In this document: positions 38,168 through 48,392 of the stretch, piece after piece
Layout: each line of letters begins with the position of its first letter
How positions within the stretch are numbered: position 1 is the first letter of the stretch
Source: Bdellovibrionales bacterium
GTDB taxonomy: Bacteria; Bdellovibrionota; Bdellovibrionia; Bdellovibrionales; JAGQZY01
Direction: 5' to 3'
NCBI GenBank assembly: GCA_964230645.1
Contig: CAXRHT010000001.1
Span: forward strand, 1 to 64,000
Length of the DNA stretch: 64,000 nt
Notes under the pieces: generated by a model
What the model was told of the DNA's origin: nothing
The model's input: the letters and a program-made list of their open reading frames with translations, nothing else
Database searches by the model: none
Program-made: the position numbers and the translations under genes

Positions 38168-39540
38168 AATTATTGAAATGCTGTCTCCTTTTCTTTACTT
38201 TCCTTCCTCAGTCTTCATGGGCAAACACCATGACTCTAGATTCCTATCTAGAAAGTCTTAAGAGAGAAGATCTCGAACTGAAAAGATTTGTGCATCAACG
38301 AGTGCAGACTCGTTTCAATAAGGATCTAAGCCTCCCTAATGCCGGCTGGCTCACTCAAATCACTCACACCTACGGTATTGCATCCGGTGTGGCGAAAAGT
38401 CGTACCAGTGAAACCACAGCCAGTGTCACAAAAAATTTCCGAGACACGGGAACAAATTTAAACCTTTCTTATAACGAAAACGATCTGGCCGACCGGGCCG
38501 AGGAAGTGCGTTCCGCGCAAGTGGCCCAAAGCTTGATTCGCAATCCTCTAGGACTTCGAACCGGGCAAATTGAGGACCGAATAAAAGAAGAAAACCGAGT
38601 CGTTTTCCTACAAGTTCTTGAGAGTTACGAAGACTATGTGGCTGAAAAAATCATTCAGTATCTCGATCTCATTCTCGCCTACGAAAACTTAAAAACCGCA
38701 CAGAGCCTTTACTCTGATATCCAAAAACTCTGGAAAGAAGTGAACAAAAGGAAAGACAACAACATTGCGCTGGGTGTGGATGTTGATCGGGCCACTGCTC
38801 AAAAACTGCAGTTTGAGCGGGCCGTATTGGAAGCTAAAATTAGTCTGCAGTCTTTACAAAAATCGCTGGTAGCAGCCTTTGATCGTTCAAAACCGATAAA
38901 CTTCACCCCGCAAAAAGAGATTCCGTTTATCAAAAAAGACATGGACCTCAGTCAGAAACCCTTGGAAGCCCAGCGTACTATGGAGATTCTTGCGGCTAGA
39001 GAAACAGCCGCCAGCTTCGAAATTTCTCAACGCAAAAGAGACCTGTACCCAGAAGGGGAATTTATTCTTGGTTATAGGCATGATGAATCGCAAAGGTTCT
39101 CTACCATCGTTAACCGTGAAGAGACTGTATTTGGTCTTAATTTCGAGTACTCCTTTGATAACACTCTCAACGAGGCCCAGGTCGACCAGGCCCAGTACAA
39201 CAAAACCCAAGTGGAAATCGAAAGGATTCGTACCAAAAAAGAACTCGACGCCCTTCTTTCTGATTTAAAACAACGTATTCAAATACAAAACCAAAGGGTG
39301 AAACTTTTGAGCCGTCAACAAGTGGTTTTAAAGCGTCTTATTGGCGGCGAGCAGGGACGCTTTACAAGAGGACGGGTGGATCTTGAAACTCTGATCAATA
39401 CTCAAAACACCTATGCTCAAGTGCGCTTTGATCTGGTGGCCCAGAAAATTGAACTCGCCAAAAACATCGTGCGCTGGAAACAGAATACGGATCAATTAAT
39501 CTCTGAGGAAAGTCTTCAGCAAACTTCCAGTAATAATTAG
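38164..39540 (+). CDS. TolC-family outer membrane factor
   Basis: Signal peptide from 38164, ATGA overlap with RND, long helical hairpins. Confidence 0.8.
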   Translation: MKLLKCCLLFFTFLPQSSWANTMTLDSYLESLKREDLELKRFVHQRVQTRFNKDLSLPNAGWLTQITHTYGIASGVAKSRTSETTASVTKNFRDTGTNLNLSYNENDLADRAEEVRSAQVAQSLIRNPLGLRTGQIEDRIKEENRVVFLQVLESYEDYVAEKIIQYLDLILAYENLKTAQSLYSDIQKLWKEVNKRKDNNIALGVDVDRATAQKLQFERAVLEAKISLQSLQKSLVAAFDRSKPINFTPQKEIPFIKKDMDLSQKPLEAQRTMEILAARETAASFEISQRKRDLYPEGEFILGYRHDESQRFSTIVNREETVFGLNFEYSFDNTLNEAQVDQAQYNKTQVEIERIRTKKELDALLSDLKQRIQIQNQRVKLLSRQQVVLKRLIGGEQGRFTRGRVDLETLINTQNTYAQVRFDLVAQKIELAKNIVRWKQNTDQLISEESLQQTSSNN

Positions 39541-39739
39541 ATCCCTTAATAAGCTTTTTTTATTTTAGATTATGACCTCTCTTTCTCCTCCTTTTTAAAC
39601 CATAAAAAACATTCAATTAAAAATTACAAAGGTTGACTGCCTCCACAGTCTTATCCATTGTAGGGCCCTTGAGCTTAAACTTATATGAGACTCTTACCCT
39701 TTTTCCTGTTGATGGTTGGATAAGCTTGGAGTGATTTTT

Positions 39740-40378
39740 ATGACAGATACCTATTCTTTCTCAGTGGCAGTATTCATGTCTTTTTTTGCTGTTATGAACC
39801 CTCTAGCCAACACCACAATGTTTTTAACCTTAACAGCTGATAAAAATAGCTTATCTCGGCGAAAAATTGCCCTCAACTCCGTTGTTGTGGCTTTTGTCAT
39901 TACCAGCCTTTTTTGTATTGCTGGGAACAGTATTTTTATGGTTTTTGGAATCACCTTACCGGCCTTCAAGATGACCGGTGGAATTCTAATTACGTTGATT
40001 GGTTTTGAGTCCCTAAGAGGGCAGCAATCAAAGATCCAGACCCCAAGCCTTAGAGCTCATGAAGAGAGTGCACAAAGTGACCTCAATGTGGCGGTAAGCC
40101 CTTTAGGGATCCCACTGCTGGCTGGCCCAGGAACGATTACTACGGCAGTGAACTATGTGAGTGATGGTAATATGTTGAACATCTTTATTACCATCACCTG
40201 TTTTTTCATTCTTTGCTTGATCACCTATGTGTGCTTTCTATTTAGTAAAGAGATCACTCGCTATCTGGGGCAAACCGGGGTAAATGTCACTATTCGACTT
40301 ATGGGGCTGATCCTCGCAGTGGTTGGTGTGGAAATGATTGTTACCGGCCTTAAAGGGGCTTTCCCATTCATGAACTAA
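39740..40378 (+). CDS. MarC-family membrane protein
   Basis: FAVMNP, FGITLPAF, PLGIPLLAGPGTI, RLMGLIL. Confidence 0.93.
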   Translation: MTDTYSFSVAVFMSFFAVMNPLANTTMFLTLTADKNSLSRRKIALNSVVVAFVITSLFCIAGNSIFMVFGITLPAFKMTGGILITLIGFESLRGQQSKIQTPSLRAHEESAQSDLNVAVSPLGIPLLAGPGTITTAVNYVSDGNMLNIFITITCFFILCLITYVCFLFSKEITRYLGQTGVNVTIRLMGLILAVVGVEMIVTGLKGAFPFMN

Positions 40379-40562
40379 AGGGTTACACCAGCTCCATTAA
40401 CTAAAAACTTTAGTAAAATAGAACACTTGCTTTCTTTTTATTAAGACACACCTTGGTCTAGGTCTTTAGGCTCAGTCCCCTAAAATTGCCACTCGTCATT
40501 GAATTCTATCGTCAAGGTAAAAGCTTGGTGCTATCCTCTGAGGAACGTTTTTGGGGGGCCTT

Positions 40563-40874
40563 ATGGGTGCACAAAACAATATGAATCTACTCAATCAGAG
40601 CGGATCGAGTATTCTTCCAGAAGTCTTAAAGGGAAGAAACGAGGACCTGGTCACCATTACCCAATTTGTTGAAAAATCTCAGTACGATGAAATCCCAAAG
40701 ATTGTTCGCAGCTGGCATGATCTATCTTTACCGGGCGACTTCTCGGAACTTTACACTCTGGGAGAAACCCTGGCTGATTTTGCTATGATCAGAAATCCGC
40801 AAAAATGTTACGCCATTTTAGAAAAAATCAGTGCCTTTTTGCTTGAGAAACAAAGCTCCTATCACTTCGAATAA
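40563..40874 (+). CDS. Degenerate Hpt-like protein
   Basis: Gapless resemblance to Hpt domain of the kinase at 42799-45285; canonical His replaced by Arg. Confidence 0.6.
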   Translation: MGAQNNMNLLNQSGSSILPEVLKGRNEDLVTITQFVEKSQYDEIPKIVRSWHDLSLPGDFSELYTLGETLADFAMIRNPQKCYAILEKISAFLLEKQSSYHFE

Positions 40875-40965
40875 AAATGAAGAAGACTTGTCACCCTTTG
40901 TTTTGAAACAAGCTGAGGGGCATCGTTTTGCTCAAATACAAAAGGGTAACAAGTCTTCTCGAAAG

Positions 40966-41319
40966 TCATAAAGCGGTTTTAAGAATAGGTTCTCTAAACA
41001 ACTCCTTTCGCTTTGGGTTTATCTGTTTTAACTTCTTCTCCTCAAGTACGCGCTCAAGGGTTGATCTTTTTAAAAACTCTAATCCCATGGGAACATTCTG
41101 TGTTTCGATGGTCGAAAGCAACTCTCCATCGGCTGATGTCACTTTCAAATCCACATTATAGGCCCGAGGGTTATATTCGTCTTTGCGAACAGCAAAATGA
41201 ATTTTTTCAAGCTCTGGGGCCGTCTGCTCAATCTCATGAGCGTACTGCTTCATCAATGCCCCGACTTTACCGACGGGAAACAGAAAATTGATTCCACTAT
41301 AGGTGTATTCTTTTTTCAT
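40966..41319 (-). CDS. Divergent HPF/RaiA-like protein
   Basis: Beta-alpha-beta-beta-beta-alpha pattern: EIEQTAP...IHFAV...YNVDLKVTS..GELLST...LERVL. Confidence 0.45.
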   Translation of the reverse strand: MKKEYTYSGINFLFPVGKVGALMKQYAHEIEQTAPELEKIHFAVRKDEYNPRAYNVDLKVTSADGELLSTIETQNVPMGLEFLKRSTLERVLEEKKLKQINPKRKELFREPILKTAL

Positions 41320-41332
41320 AAGACCCCACTTT

Positions 41333-41683
41333 CTACATTGCGTAGTCAAGACGTGAGAGTTCAAACTCAATATCGTCAACCTGATTACGCGGAAGTGTGT
41401 CAGTGTCCATAAAGTCGTCAACACATTTAAACGTTAAAGTGGAAAGAGTTATGGTTCGGCCTTGTTTGTCTTTTAACCAACCGGAAACTTGCACTTTGGT
41501 GTCCACTAAATTCCACATTTTAAAAGTCTTATCGTTACCGAGCAGATGGTATTCATTGCCATCTTCACCGATCAAAAGAAAATCGATATTTTCCTCGCGG
41601 TGAGATTGTGGTGCCGGCACCAATATCCCGCAGGCTTTTTTGAGCTTGTATCTAAAAGCATGTCCTATTAATTGTTTCATCAT
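41333..41683 (-). CDS. Hypothetical protein, possible OB-fold
   Basis: LIGEDGNEYHL...LVDTKVQVSG pattern; RBS GGGAGG. Confidence 0.55.
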   Translation of the reverse strand: MMKQLIGHAFRYKLKKACGILVPAPQSHREENIDFLLIGEDGNEYHLLGNDKTFKMWNLVDTKVQVSGWLKDKQGRTITLSTLTFKCVDDFMDTDTLPRNQVDDIEFELSRLDYAM

Positions 41684-41699
41684 TCCTCCCTTGAATGTT

Positions 41700-42017
41700 T
41701 TATATAGCCATATGCATGAACCGAGTCTGCTTCCAAGACTCAAACTGCCAGCTCATGTCACGTTTGATTTTTTTAATCAGGCCGTAGAAATCGCGATCAA
41801 AACAAGTAGACTTGAATTTTCTCTGAGAAGATTTGACAGAAAGAATTCCACAAAAAACGTCGTTACGGTACTGTAATTCAAGTTTAAAGGACGAGCGACT
41901 TGGGGCAATATCTAGTAACGGGCGCAGTGTGGCTCTGACAAATCTTTCTTCGAATTCATAGCCTTTGAAATCTCGAAATTCGATCTGTAACCATGTTTTT
42001 TCGGATAGCTGACTCAT
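41700..42017 (-). CDS. Divergent HPF/RaiA-like protein
   Basis: LQIEFRDF...FVRATL..L...FCGILSVKS...FKS...DFYGLI.KI...M..Q...WK. Confidence 0.6.
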   Translation of the reverse strand: MSQLSEKTWLQIEFRDFKGYEFEERFVRATLRPLLDIAPSRSSFKLELQYRNDVFCGILSVKSSQRKFKSTCFDRDFYGLIKKIKRDMSWQFESWKQTRFMHMAI

Positions 42018-42482
42018 TTAGAACCTCCTCTTGGTATCAAGTTCAAAAACCCATTGGCTCAGGTTGATGATATCTTGAGGAAAAAAAGGCTTTCTCATCA
42101 AGATAGGATCACGCTCGAGTTGGGCAATACTATTAAGGTGTTCTCCATTGAAATAAGCAGACATCAGAACGATGGGAATGTTTTTTGGTAGGTACTGGCA
42201 GTAGTCTAATATATCAAGCCCCGACGTTTTATCTTCTAAATAAATATCTAAAAATATGCCGTCCAGTTGAGCCAACTGCGTGAGATCCTTTTCCCATAGC
42301 TCATGAATGGCTTCCCTACCGTTTTTGAACTTCATAATATTGACGTTATCGAGAGTTGCTAACAATGAAGTCGCAATTAAATTTTGAATAGCATCGTCAT
42401 CCTCTACGATAGCCACATTAATGGGATCGGCAAAACTTCTAATAGTATGTTGATAATGGTTTTGCGTGGCTTGCTGAATCAT
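42018..42482 (-). CDS. Single-domain response regulator
   Basis: IVEDD, FLDIYL, MSA, KPF. Confidence 0.9.
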   Translation of the reverse strand: MIQQATQNHYQHTIRSFADPINVAIVEDDDAIQNLIATSLLATLDNVNIMKFKNGREAIHELWEKDLTQLAQLDGIFLDIYLEDKTSGLDILDYCQYLPKNIPIVLMSAYFNGEHLNSIAQLERDPILMRKPFFPQDIINLSQWVFELDTKRRF

Positions 42483-42507
42483 GTCCACTCCTTTCACGCC
42501 TTTAAGG

Positions 42508-42523
42508 AGCAACGCCTGTGCCA
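42508..42523 (-). promoter_or_regulatory. Sigma54 promoter
   Basis: TGGCAC-AGGCG-TTGCT on minus strand, 26 bp before ATG 42482. Confidence 0.85.
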
Positions 42524-42664
42524 AGAATTTCTTAGCTGTAATCATCCTATATTTCTTCTGAGTGTGATGCGAACAGACTTGGGGTATTATGCCTCAAGTA
42601 TTTGCCCCAAGAATCTTGAAAAAAGACAGTTTTTCCAGGGCTTTTGAATAGTAATAGGGCTAAA

Positions 42665-42758
42665 GATCCTTCGTTGCGCTCAGGATGACGATGGGTGTGA
42701 GACATGTCGTCTTGAGCGAAGCGAAAGACCTTGGATCCTTCGCTGCGCTCAGGATGAC
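42665..42758. repeat. REP-like palindromic cluster (3 units)
   Basis: GATCCTTCGYTGCGCTCAGGATGAC at 42665 and 42734, inverted variant at 42706. Confidence 0.9.
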
Positions 42759-42798
42759 GATGGGCAATTAAGAAAAGTCCCATAATGTCCCATAGGTA

Positions 42799-45285
42799 TT
42801 AGAGATTGTAATCTCTTTTGGCTTTATGAATTTTCTCATCGATCACACTGATCAATTTATTACACTCATCCGGGTCAGCTTGCTCAGCCGCTAGCTCTAA
42901 TTGTTGACTGAGATCACCAATTTCTGCGAATCCGTAACTTTTGGCACTCCCCTTCACTCTGTGACCAATTTTTTTAATTGTCTGATAGTCTTTTTCAGAA
43001 ATGGCTTTTTTGACAATATCAAGGTCCTCTTCTCGAGTCGCAAAATATTTTGGAAGCAGTTTAATAATTAAAGGGTCTTGTGGGCTATTTTCCTGCGGGA
43101 GCTCTTCTTTTTCTTTAATTTCCAAATTAAAGACCTCTTTCATAGTGGTATAAATTTTATCTCGATTGATCGGTTTTGTTATCCGTCCGGTGAATCCCGC
43201 TTCCAAACATTTCTTCTCTTCAACCAGTCCGGCATGAGCTGTTACTGCAAAGATTGGGAGATTTTTATAGTTCTTCCGGATCTGTGTGATAGCCGTGTAG
43301 CCATCCATAACCGGCATCTGAATATCCATAAATATAATGTCGTATTTTTTCTTTTTGACCTGTTCGCAGGCTTCAAGGCCATTGTTGGCAAAGTCGATAT
43401 TGCTTGTCATCGGGCTCAAAATTTCTTTAAGAAGAAACAAATTGTCATTGGAATCATCCACGGCGAGAACAGCGATATTCTTGTCTTTCATTTGAGCCTG
43501 CATACCATCAAGTAAAGCCCCATCTTCTGAAGAAAAATCCCAATTCTGCTGATACCTAGCATAATCTTGCAAGTGCCAACTTCTAAAAGGTTTCACCAAA
43601 AAGTTTTTAAAGCCATTCTTGCGGATAAGCTCCATATTTTCTTTAGAGAAATTCGATCTCATCAATGCGAAAATATTCTCAGGCCGACACTGAGCTTGCA
43701 CCAAACCAAAAGAGTTAATCATGCTCACAATACCTATGGAGTCATCTAATAAGATAAGTGGCTCTTTTTCACATTTATTAAGATGGTTTTCGAGCTCATA
43801 AATGTTTGAAACCAAACTGACATCGGAACTTAAACTTTTTAGGTAATCAAGCACAGGTCCATTGTCGTTGAGACCAGACACGTAAATGATGCTAGACTTT
43901 TCCAGGGGATAAAGAGACTGCTGCTTCTCATCGTTCAATTTAAACTTAAGGTCAAACGAGAATTCAGCCCCTTTGTCTTTCTCACTTTTCACTTCGATAT
44001 GTGAGCCCATGAGTTCCACAATCTCTTTACATATAGAGAGACCAAGACCGGAGCCACCGAAGCGTCGTTTAATAGATGAGTCCTCCTGCACGAAGCTTAA
44101 GAAAATATCCTTCGTTTTCTTTTCAGAAATCCCAATTCCTGTATCCTTGACACTAAATCGCAATTGAATTTGCTCGGTGGTTGAAGCCTCTTCGTCCACT
44201 TGTACACTCAGAGCTATATAGCCTTTGGCAGTAAATTTAAGTGCGTTATTGAGGAAATTTAAAAGAACCTGCTCTAATCGAATGCCGTCACCAACCATTT
44301 TTGTGGGAATACGGGGATCCATATCGACAAAAATCTCAAGTCCCTTATCGTGGGCTTGAATCGAAATGACGTCTGTCACCTGATCAACGAGCTTATAAAG
44401 ATTAAAAGGACCACTTTTAATCTTTATGGTGCGAGATTCTAAGCCGGAAAAGTCCACCAAATTGTTAAGCATATCGAGCAGCACATGGCTCGATCTTTGT
44501 AAATTATTGACGTATTGGGTTTGTTCCGCGCTCAATTTAGTGGATTTTAAAATATCAGCCATACCGATGATGGAATTCATCGGGTTTCGAATCTCATGAC
44601 TAATGCGACTTATAAAATCAGAGCGTATACTCAAGGCTTCATTAAGCTTCTGCACAGCTGGTTTAAAACCGAGAAAACCTTGAATGACTAAGACAAATAG
44701 AAGAAGCACTAAAAAGGAGATATCCAGATATATCAAGGACTGGGTTGTTGATTTAATTCTTTCGTCAAAAACCACGGACACTTCATCGAGAAACTTTTGA
44801 TAGTCTTTGATCTTTTCAAGAGCCCCTTCCATTGCAAGAGGAGTCATGGGCCCTTGATCAAAGAGTTGATTACTACCGAAAGGACTCTCAAGGTGTTTCC
44901 AGCAACTCGCCGTTTTACAAAAATCTTTGCCGAGTGTTTTAAAAGCCTTGCTGTGGTTTTCGTTCAAAGAGGACTGCAGTTTATAGATACGAGAGGAAAT
45001 ATTTTCTAGCTTTTCCGGCTCCGTGGTAATCTGAGCATCGACAACTTTAGAGTAGAGCCTCTCAACTAGAGCCACTTGTCGCTCTATCGTTCGAATGGTC
45101 TCAACAGTACCGAGCTGTTCTGAGTGAATGGCAAATTTGAAACTCTGAAACACCAAGGCCATCACGGCGACCGAAGAGAGAGCAAAAATATAAACCGCTG
45201 TAAGATTCTTTTGATGATTTCCAATTATTCGAGATTGGAAAATCATATAATACCAGCGAATACGGCTAAAAATTTTTTTTACCAT
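42799..45285 (-). CDS. Hybrid sensor histidine kinase (HisKA-HATPase-REC-Hpt)
   Basis: SHEIRNPMN, NALKFT, DTGIG, GGSGLGL, FMDIQMP, GHRVKGSA. Confidence 0.95.
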   Translation of the reverse strand: MVKKIFSRIRWYYMIFQSRIIGNHQKNLTAVYIFALSSVAVMALVFQSFKFAIHSEQLGTVETIRTIERQVALVERLYSKVVDAQITTEPEKLENISSRIYKLQSSLNENHSKAFKTLGKDFCKTASCWKHLESPFGSNQLFDQGPMTPLAMEGALEKIKDYQKFLDEVSVVFDERIKSTTQSLIYLDISFLVLLLFVLVIQGFLGFKPAVQKLNEALSIRSDFISRISHEIRNPMNSIIGMADILKSTKLSAEQTQYVNNLQRSSHVLLDMLNNLVDFSGLESRTIKIKSGPFNLYKLVDQVTDVISIQAHDKGLEIFVDMDPRIPTKMVGDGIRLEQVLLNFLNNALKFTAKGYIALSVQVDEEASTTEQIQLRFSVKDTGIGISEKKTKDIFLSFVQEDSSIKRRFGGSGLGLSICKEIVELMGSHIEVKSEKDKGAEFSFDLKFKLNDEKQQSLYPLEKSSIIYVSGLNDNGPVLDYLKSLSSDVSLVSNIYELENHLNKCEKEPLILLDDSIGIVSMINSFGLVQAQCRPENIFALMRSNFSKENMELIRKNGFKNFLVKPFRSWHLQDYARYQQNWDFSSEDGALLDGMQAQMKDKNIAVLAVDDSNDNLFLLKEILSPMTSNIDFANNGLEACEQVKKKKYDIIFMDIQMPVMDGYTAITQIRKNYKNLPIFAVTAHAGLVEEKKCLEAGFTGRITKPINRDKIYTTMKEVFNLEIKEKEELPQENSPQDPLIIKLLPKYFATREEDLDIVKKAISEKDYQTIKKIGHRVKGSAKSYGFAEIGDLSQQLELAAEQADPDECNKLISVIDEKIHKAKRDYNL

Positions 45286-46637
45286 TGGTAGGTCACCCCC
45301 CCAACGAATTTATAATCGTAGAATTTGAAAGGACCCTTATCGATTTCTAATAAATCATAGTAAAGCAGCCCTGCGAATCGACCTTGTTTAAGATCGTAAA
45401 CGCTGACATCCATAATTTCAACCCGTGCCCTCTGAACTCTTAGAACTTGGTCAAAGGCTAAAGGCGTATAGCTAAGAGCCGATCGGACAGAGAGTGCATC
45501 TCCCCATTTCAACCAGGGCTTTGAGGCCAGACGAAGGTTCCATCCCAAAATGGGTCCATTATCAAACGGAAGTCCAGGGGCATGATGAGGATCGATCACT
45601 CTCACCCCCGTACCGAGAGCCAAAATATCCCAGTGCCAAAGATAATTGATGGTGCCATCTAAATAGGAGCGGTCATTGCTTCGAATACCTAAATAACTAA
45701 ATGGAAAACTCAACTGCCCTGCTATTGATTGACGAGAACCAGTAAAAATTTCGCTACTTAGAAAGGCTTCTAAGCCAATTTTTGAGCCCATCAGTCCCGC
45801 CCTTAGGTGAGGATCTGAGGATACTAATTGAGAGTCAGCATCACTTTGAGGGAACAGAGTTTCAGGCTCCTCTTCTGCTGTCACTTGAATTATTGGAGAT
45901 CCACCTTCCGAAGGAGACTGAAAAACCAGTGAAAATATTTCGTTTTTTTTCTCGCCTTGGCCCTTTACAGAAAGATTAGCCACAAGCCTTTTGGGTTTTG
46001 ATTTTCTAGTATCTTCTTTATAATCGAGAAAGACGTGATTGGCCCCTGGTTGCGACGATAAGATTTCTCCCCCCAAAGCTTCGATGGATTCGAGAGTTCC
46101 GGAAAAACCAATCAGGACCTTAACTTTATCCTCTTCTTTTCTACAATCCATTGAAAGTAAGTACGGATTACTATTTAAAAGATCGAGATTAAGACCAAGG
46201 CTTTGACATCTCTGGGTCACAGCCAGATGGGACTTAAATTCGCGATCCTCAATACGCAGTCCCACAGAGGCATTGTCTTTTGTCGCAATCGTCTTTTTAA
46301 GGGGAATTATTTCAATGGGTTTTTGATGCTCGACCACTAAGACCTTTTTAATATTCTTGTTCGTTACGAAAGGAGAGTTGTTACTCTTATTATTCTCAAC
46401 AATGGAAATATTTTGGCCGGAATCGGTCAATTCTAATAGAGGAGGTAGGGCAATCCAGGTTTGTTTTTTTAATGATTTAAAAGAACCGTACTGTTTCCAA
46501 ATGTAGGTCTGATAGGTTTTCCACTCCGTCTTTCTCTCAAGCCCCGCAGAATCGAAATAATATAGATGGGGTTTACCTAGTGCCACATGACTCCAGGTAA
46601 ACAAAAGTACTATTAATAAAAGATTCTGTAATTTCAT
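45279..46637 (-). CDS. Exported hypothetical protein with probable C-terminal beta-barrel
   Basis: Signal peptide, ends GGVTYQW; overlaps kinase start. Confidence 0.6.
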   Translation of the reverse strand: MKLQNLLLIVLLFTWSHVALGKPHLYYFDSAGLERKTEWKTYQTYIWKQYGSFKSLKKQTWIALPPLLELTDSGQNISIVENNKSNNSPFVTNKNIKKVLVVEHQKPIEIIPLKKTIATKDNASVGLRIEDREFKSHLAVTQRCQSLGLNLDLLNSNPYLLSMDCRKEEDKVKVLIGFSGTLESIEALGGEILSSQPGANHVFLDYKEDTRKSKPKRLVANLSVKGQGEKKNEIFSLVFQSPSEGGSPIIQVTAEEEPETLFPQSDADSQLVSSDPHLRAGLMGSKIGLEAFLSSEIFTGSRQSIAGQLSFPFSYLGIRSNDRSYLDGTINYLWHWDILALGTGVRVIDPHHAPGLPFDNGPILGWNLRLASKPWLKWGDALSVRSALSYTPLAFDQVLRVQRARVEIMDVSVYDLKQGRFAGLLYYDLLEIDKGPFKFYDYKFVGGVTYQW

Positions 46638-46674
46638 CTACTTAACTCCACCACGATTCCGATCATACACCTTT

Positions 46675-48084
46675 TTAATTCAAATCGTAGTCCTTTTCTT
46701 TTCGATAAAGAGTCTTCCTATTAATGCCCAGTATCTCAGCAGCCTCTTCTTTTTTACCACTGGTTTTTTCAAGGACAAAGCGGATGTATTGCTTCTCAAG
46801 TTCTTTTAACGACAGAAGCTCCTTGAAAAGGAGACTCGTCTGCTCGTCCACCTCAAGGCTACCTTCAATCGTTATATCTTTTTCCCCAATTACATTTTCG
46901 TTACTCAAAACCACGGCGCGCTCAATTGTGTTTTCTAATTCACGCACATTCCCCGCCCACCTCAGACGCTTAAGCTTTGCCATCGCGTCGCGAGAAAATC
47001 CTGAAAGGTTTTTGTCGTTTAGAGCTGAATACTTTTTAACAAAATAGTCGGCCAATAAAGGAATATCTTCTCTACGATCTCGCAGAGAAGGTACCTGAAC
47101 AGGAATCACACAAAGCCTAAAATAAAGATCCTCTCGAAATTCTTTTTTCTTAACAGCTAGTTTTAAATCTCTGTGGGTGGCTGCAAGAATTCTTACATCA
47201 ATTTTTTTAAGTTGTGATTCTCCTAATGGTTTTACTTTTCGTTCTTGGATGACTCTTAAAACCTTTGCCTGCAAGGCCATAGGCATATCCCCTATTTCAT
47301 CAAGAAAGAGAGTTCCCCCTTGGGCCTCTTCAAAAAGCCCCTTGCGGTTTTCATTAGCCCCCGTAAAGGCTCCTTTTTTATATCCAAAAAGTTCGGCCTC
47401 TAACAGGTCTTGGGGGATGGCTGAGCAGTTTATAGGGATAAAGGGGTTTTCACACCGGTCGCTATTTTCATGAATGGATCTTGCCACCATCTCTTTACCA
47501 CTACCACTCTCCCCTGTGATCAGAACATTGGAATGGCTTTGGGAGATTTTACTGATCAATACCTTTAGCTCTCGCATTTTTGCCCCGGAGCCGAGAAGAC
47601 GAGTCTCCTCTGAGTCCACTCCCAGCTTTTTCCTGAGGCGTTCGTAATTTTTTTCCAAATTCCTAATTTTGATCGCTCTTTGTGATAGAACTTCAAGTTC
47701 AGTGAAGTTAAGGGGCTTGGTAATATAATCGTAAGCGCCTCTTTTTAAAGCTGTGGCGGCGTCATCCATCGTCCCAAAGGCCGTGATTAAAATAACAGGA
47801 GTATCCACCTCAGAAACCTTTATCTCTTCGATAAAGTCGAGCCCATTTTTCTCCGGCAAATTAAAATCACAGATTATTAGGTCAAAATCTCTATTCTCAT
47901 AAAGAACTTTTTCGATTCCCATTTCTGCCGTTTCGCAAGTTTCCGTTTGAAAGCCTATGGACTTAAAAAACTCGTCGAGCAAATCCAAAAGAGCCCTATC
48001 ATCATCAATGATTAAAACTCGGAATTGATTCTTGCTACCCGTCTTGTGGGTGACTGATTTTTTTGACAGACTCTCTAGTTCCAT
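46675..48084 (-). CDS. Sigma54-dependent response regulator (NtrC family)
   Basis: REC, GESGSGKE, GAFTGA, WAGNVREL, Fis HTH. Confidence 0.96.
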   Translation of the reverse strand: MELESLSKKSVTHKTGSKNQFRVLIIDDDRALLDLLDEFFKSIGFQTETCETAEMGIEKVLYENRDFDLIICDFNLPEKNGLDFIEEIKVSEVDTPVILITAFGTMDDAATALKRGAYDYITKPLNFTELEVLSQRAIKIRNLEKNYERLRKKLGVDSEETRLLGSGAKMRELKVLISKISQSHSNVLITGESGSGKEMVARSIHENSDRCENPFIPINCSAIPQDLLEAELFGYKKGAFTGANENRKGLFEEAQGGTLFLDEIGDMPMALQAKVLRVIQERKVKPLGESQLKKIDVRILAATHRDLKLAVKKKEFREDLYFRLCVIPVQVPSLRDRREDIPLLADYFVKKYSALNDKNLSGFSRDAMAKLKRLRWAGNVRELENTIERAVVLSNENVIGEKDITIEGSLEVDEQTSLLFKELLSLKELEKQYIRFVLEKTSGKKEEAAEILGINRKTLYRKEKDYDLN

Positions 48085-48346
48085 TGAGAATTACCTCCCA
48101 TTTTTATCCTAACAGGTTGGTGCAATTTTGCCATGAAATATGTCATTTTGCCTCGTATAAAAATGGGGCATTTTGCACCAAGGACTGTAATTTACTGTAA
48201 TAACTATTCTTTGATCCGTATTTTTTAGCCTATTTCTCATCCCAATATCCCGAGATTTTTTTGGGGCAAGGGACTCAAAGTTCGTGGCAAATTGCCCCGT
48301 GCCCGACATTAAGCCCGCCTCAAACCTCTTTATTTTTGCTCTCAGC

Positions 48347-48362
48347 TGGCACCGCCCTTGCT
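48347..48362 (+). promoter_or_regulatory. Sigma54 promoter
   Basis: TGGCAC-CGCCC-TTGCT, 30 bp before ATG 48393. Confidence 0.85.
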
Positions 48363-48392
48363 TTTGTAAGTGGGTATGCAAAGGAGTTAAAA

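Noticed and set aside
42547..42783. 78-aa ORF with repeated HRHPERSEGS
   Set aside because: Translation of the REP-like repeat; overlaps regulatory sites
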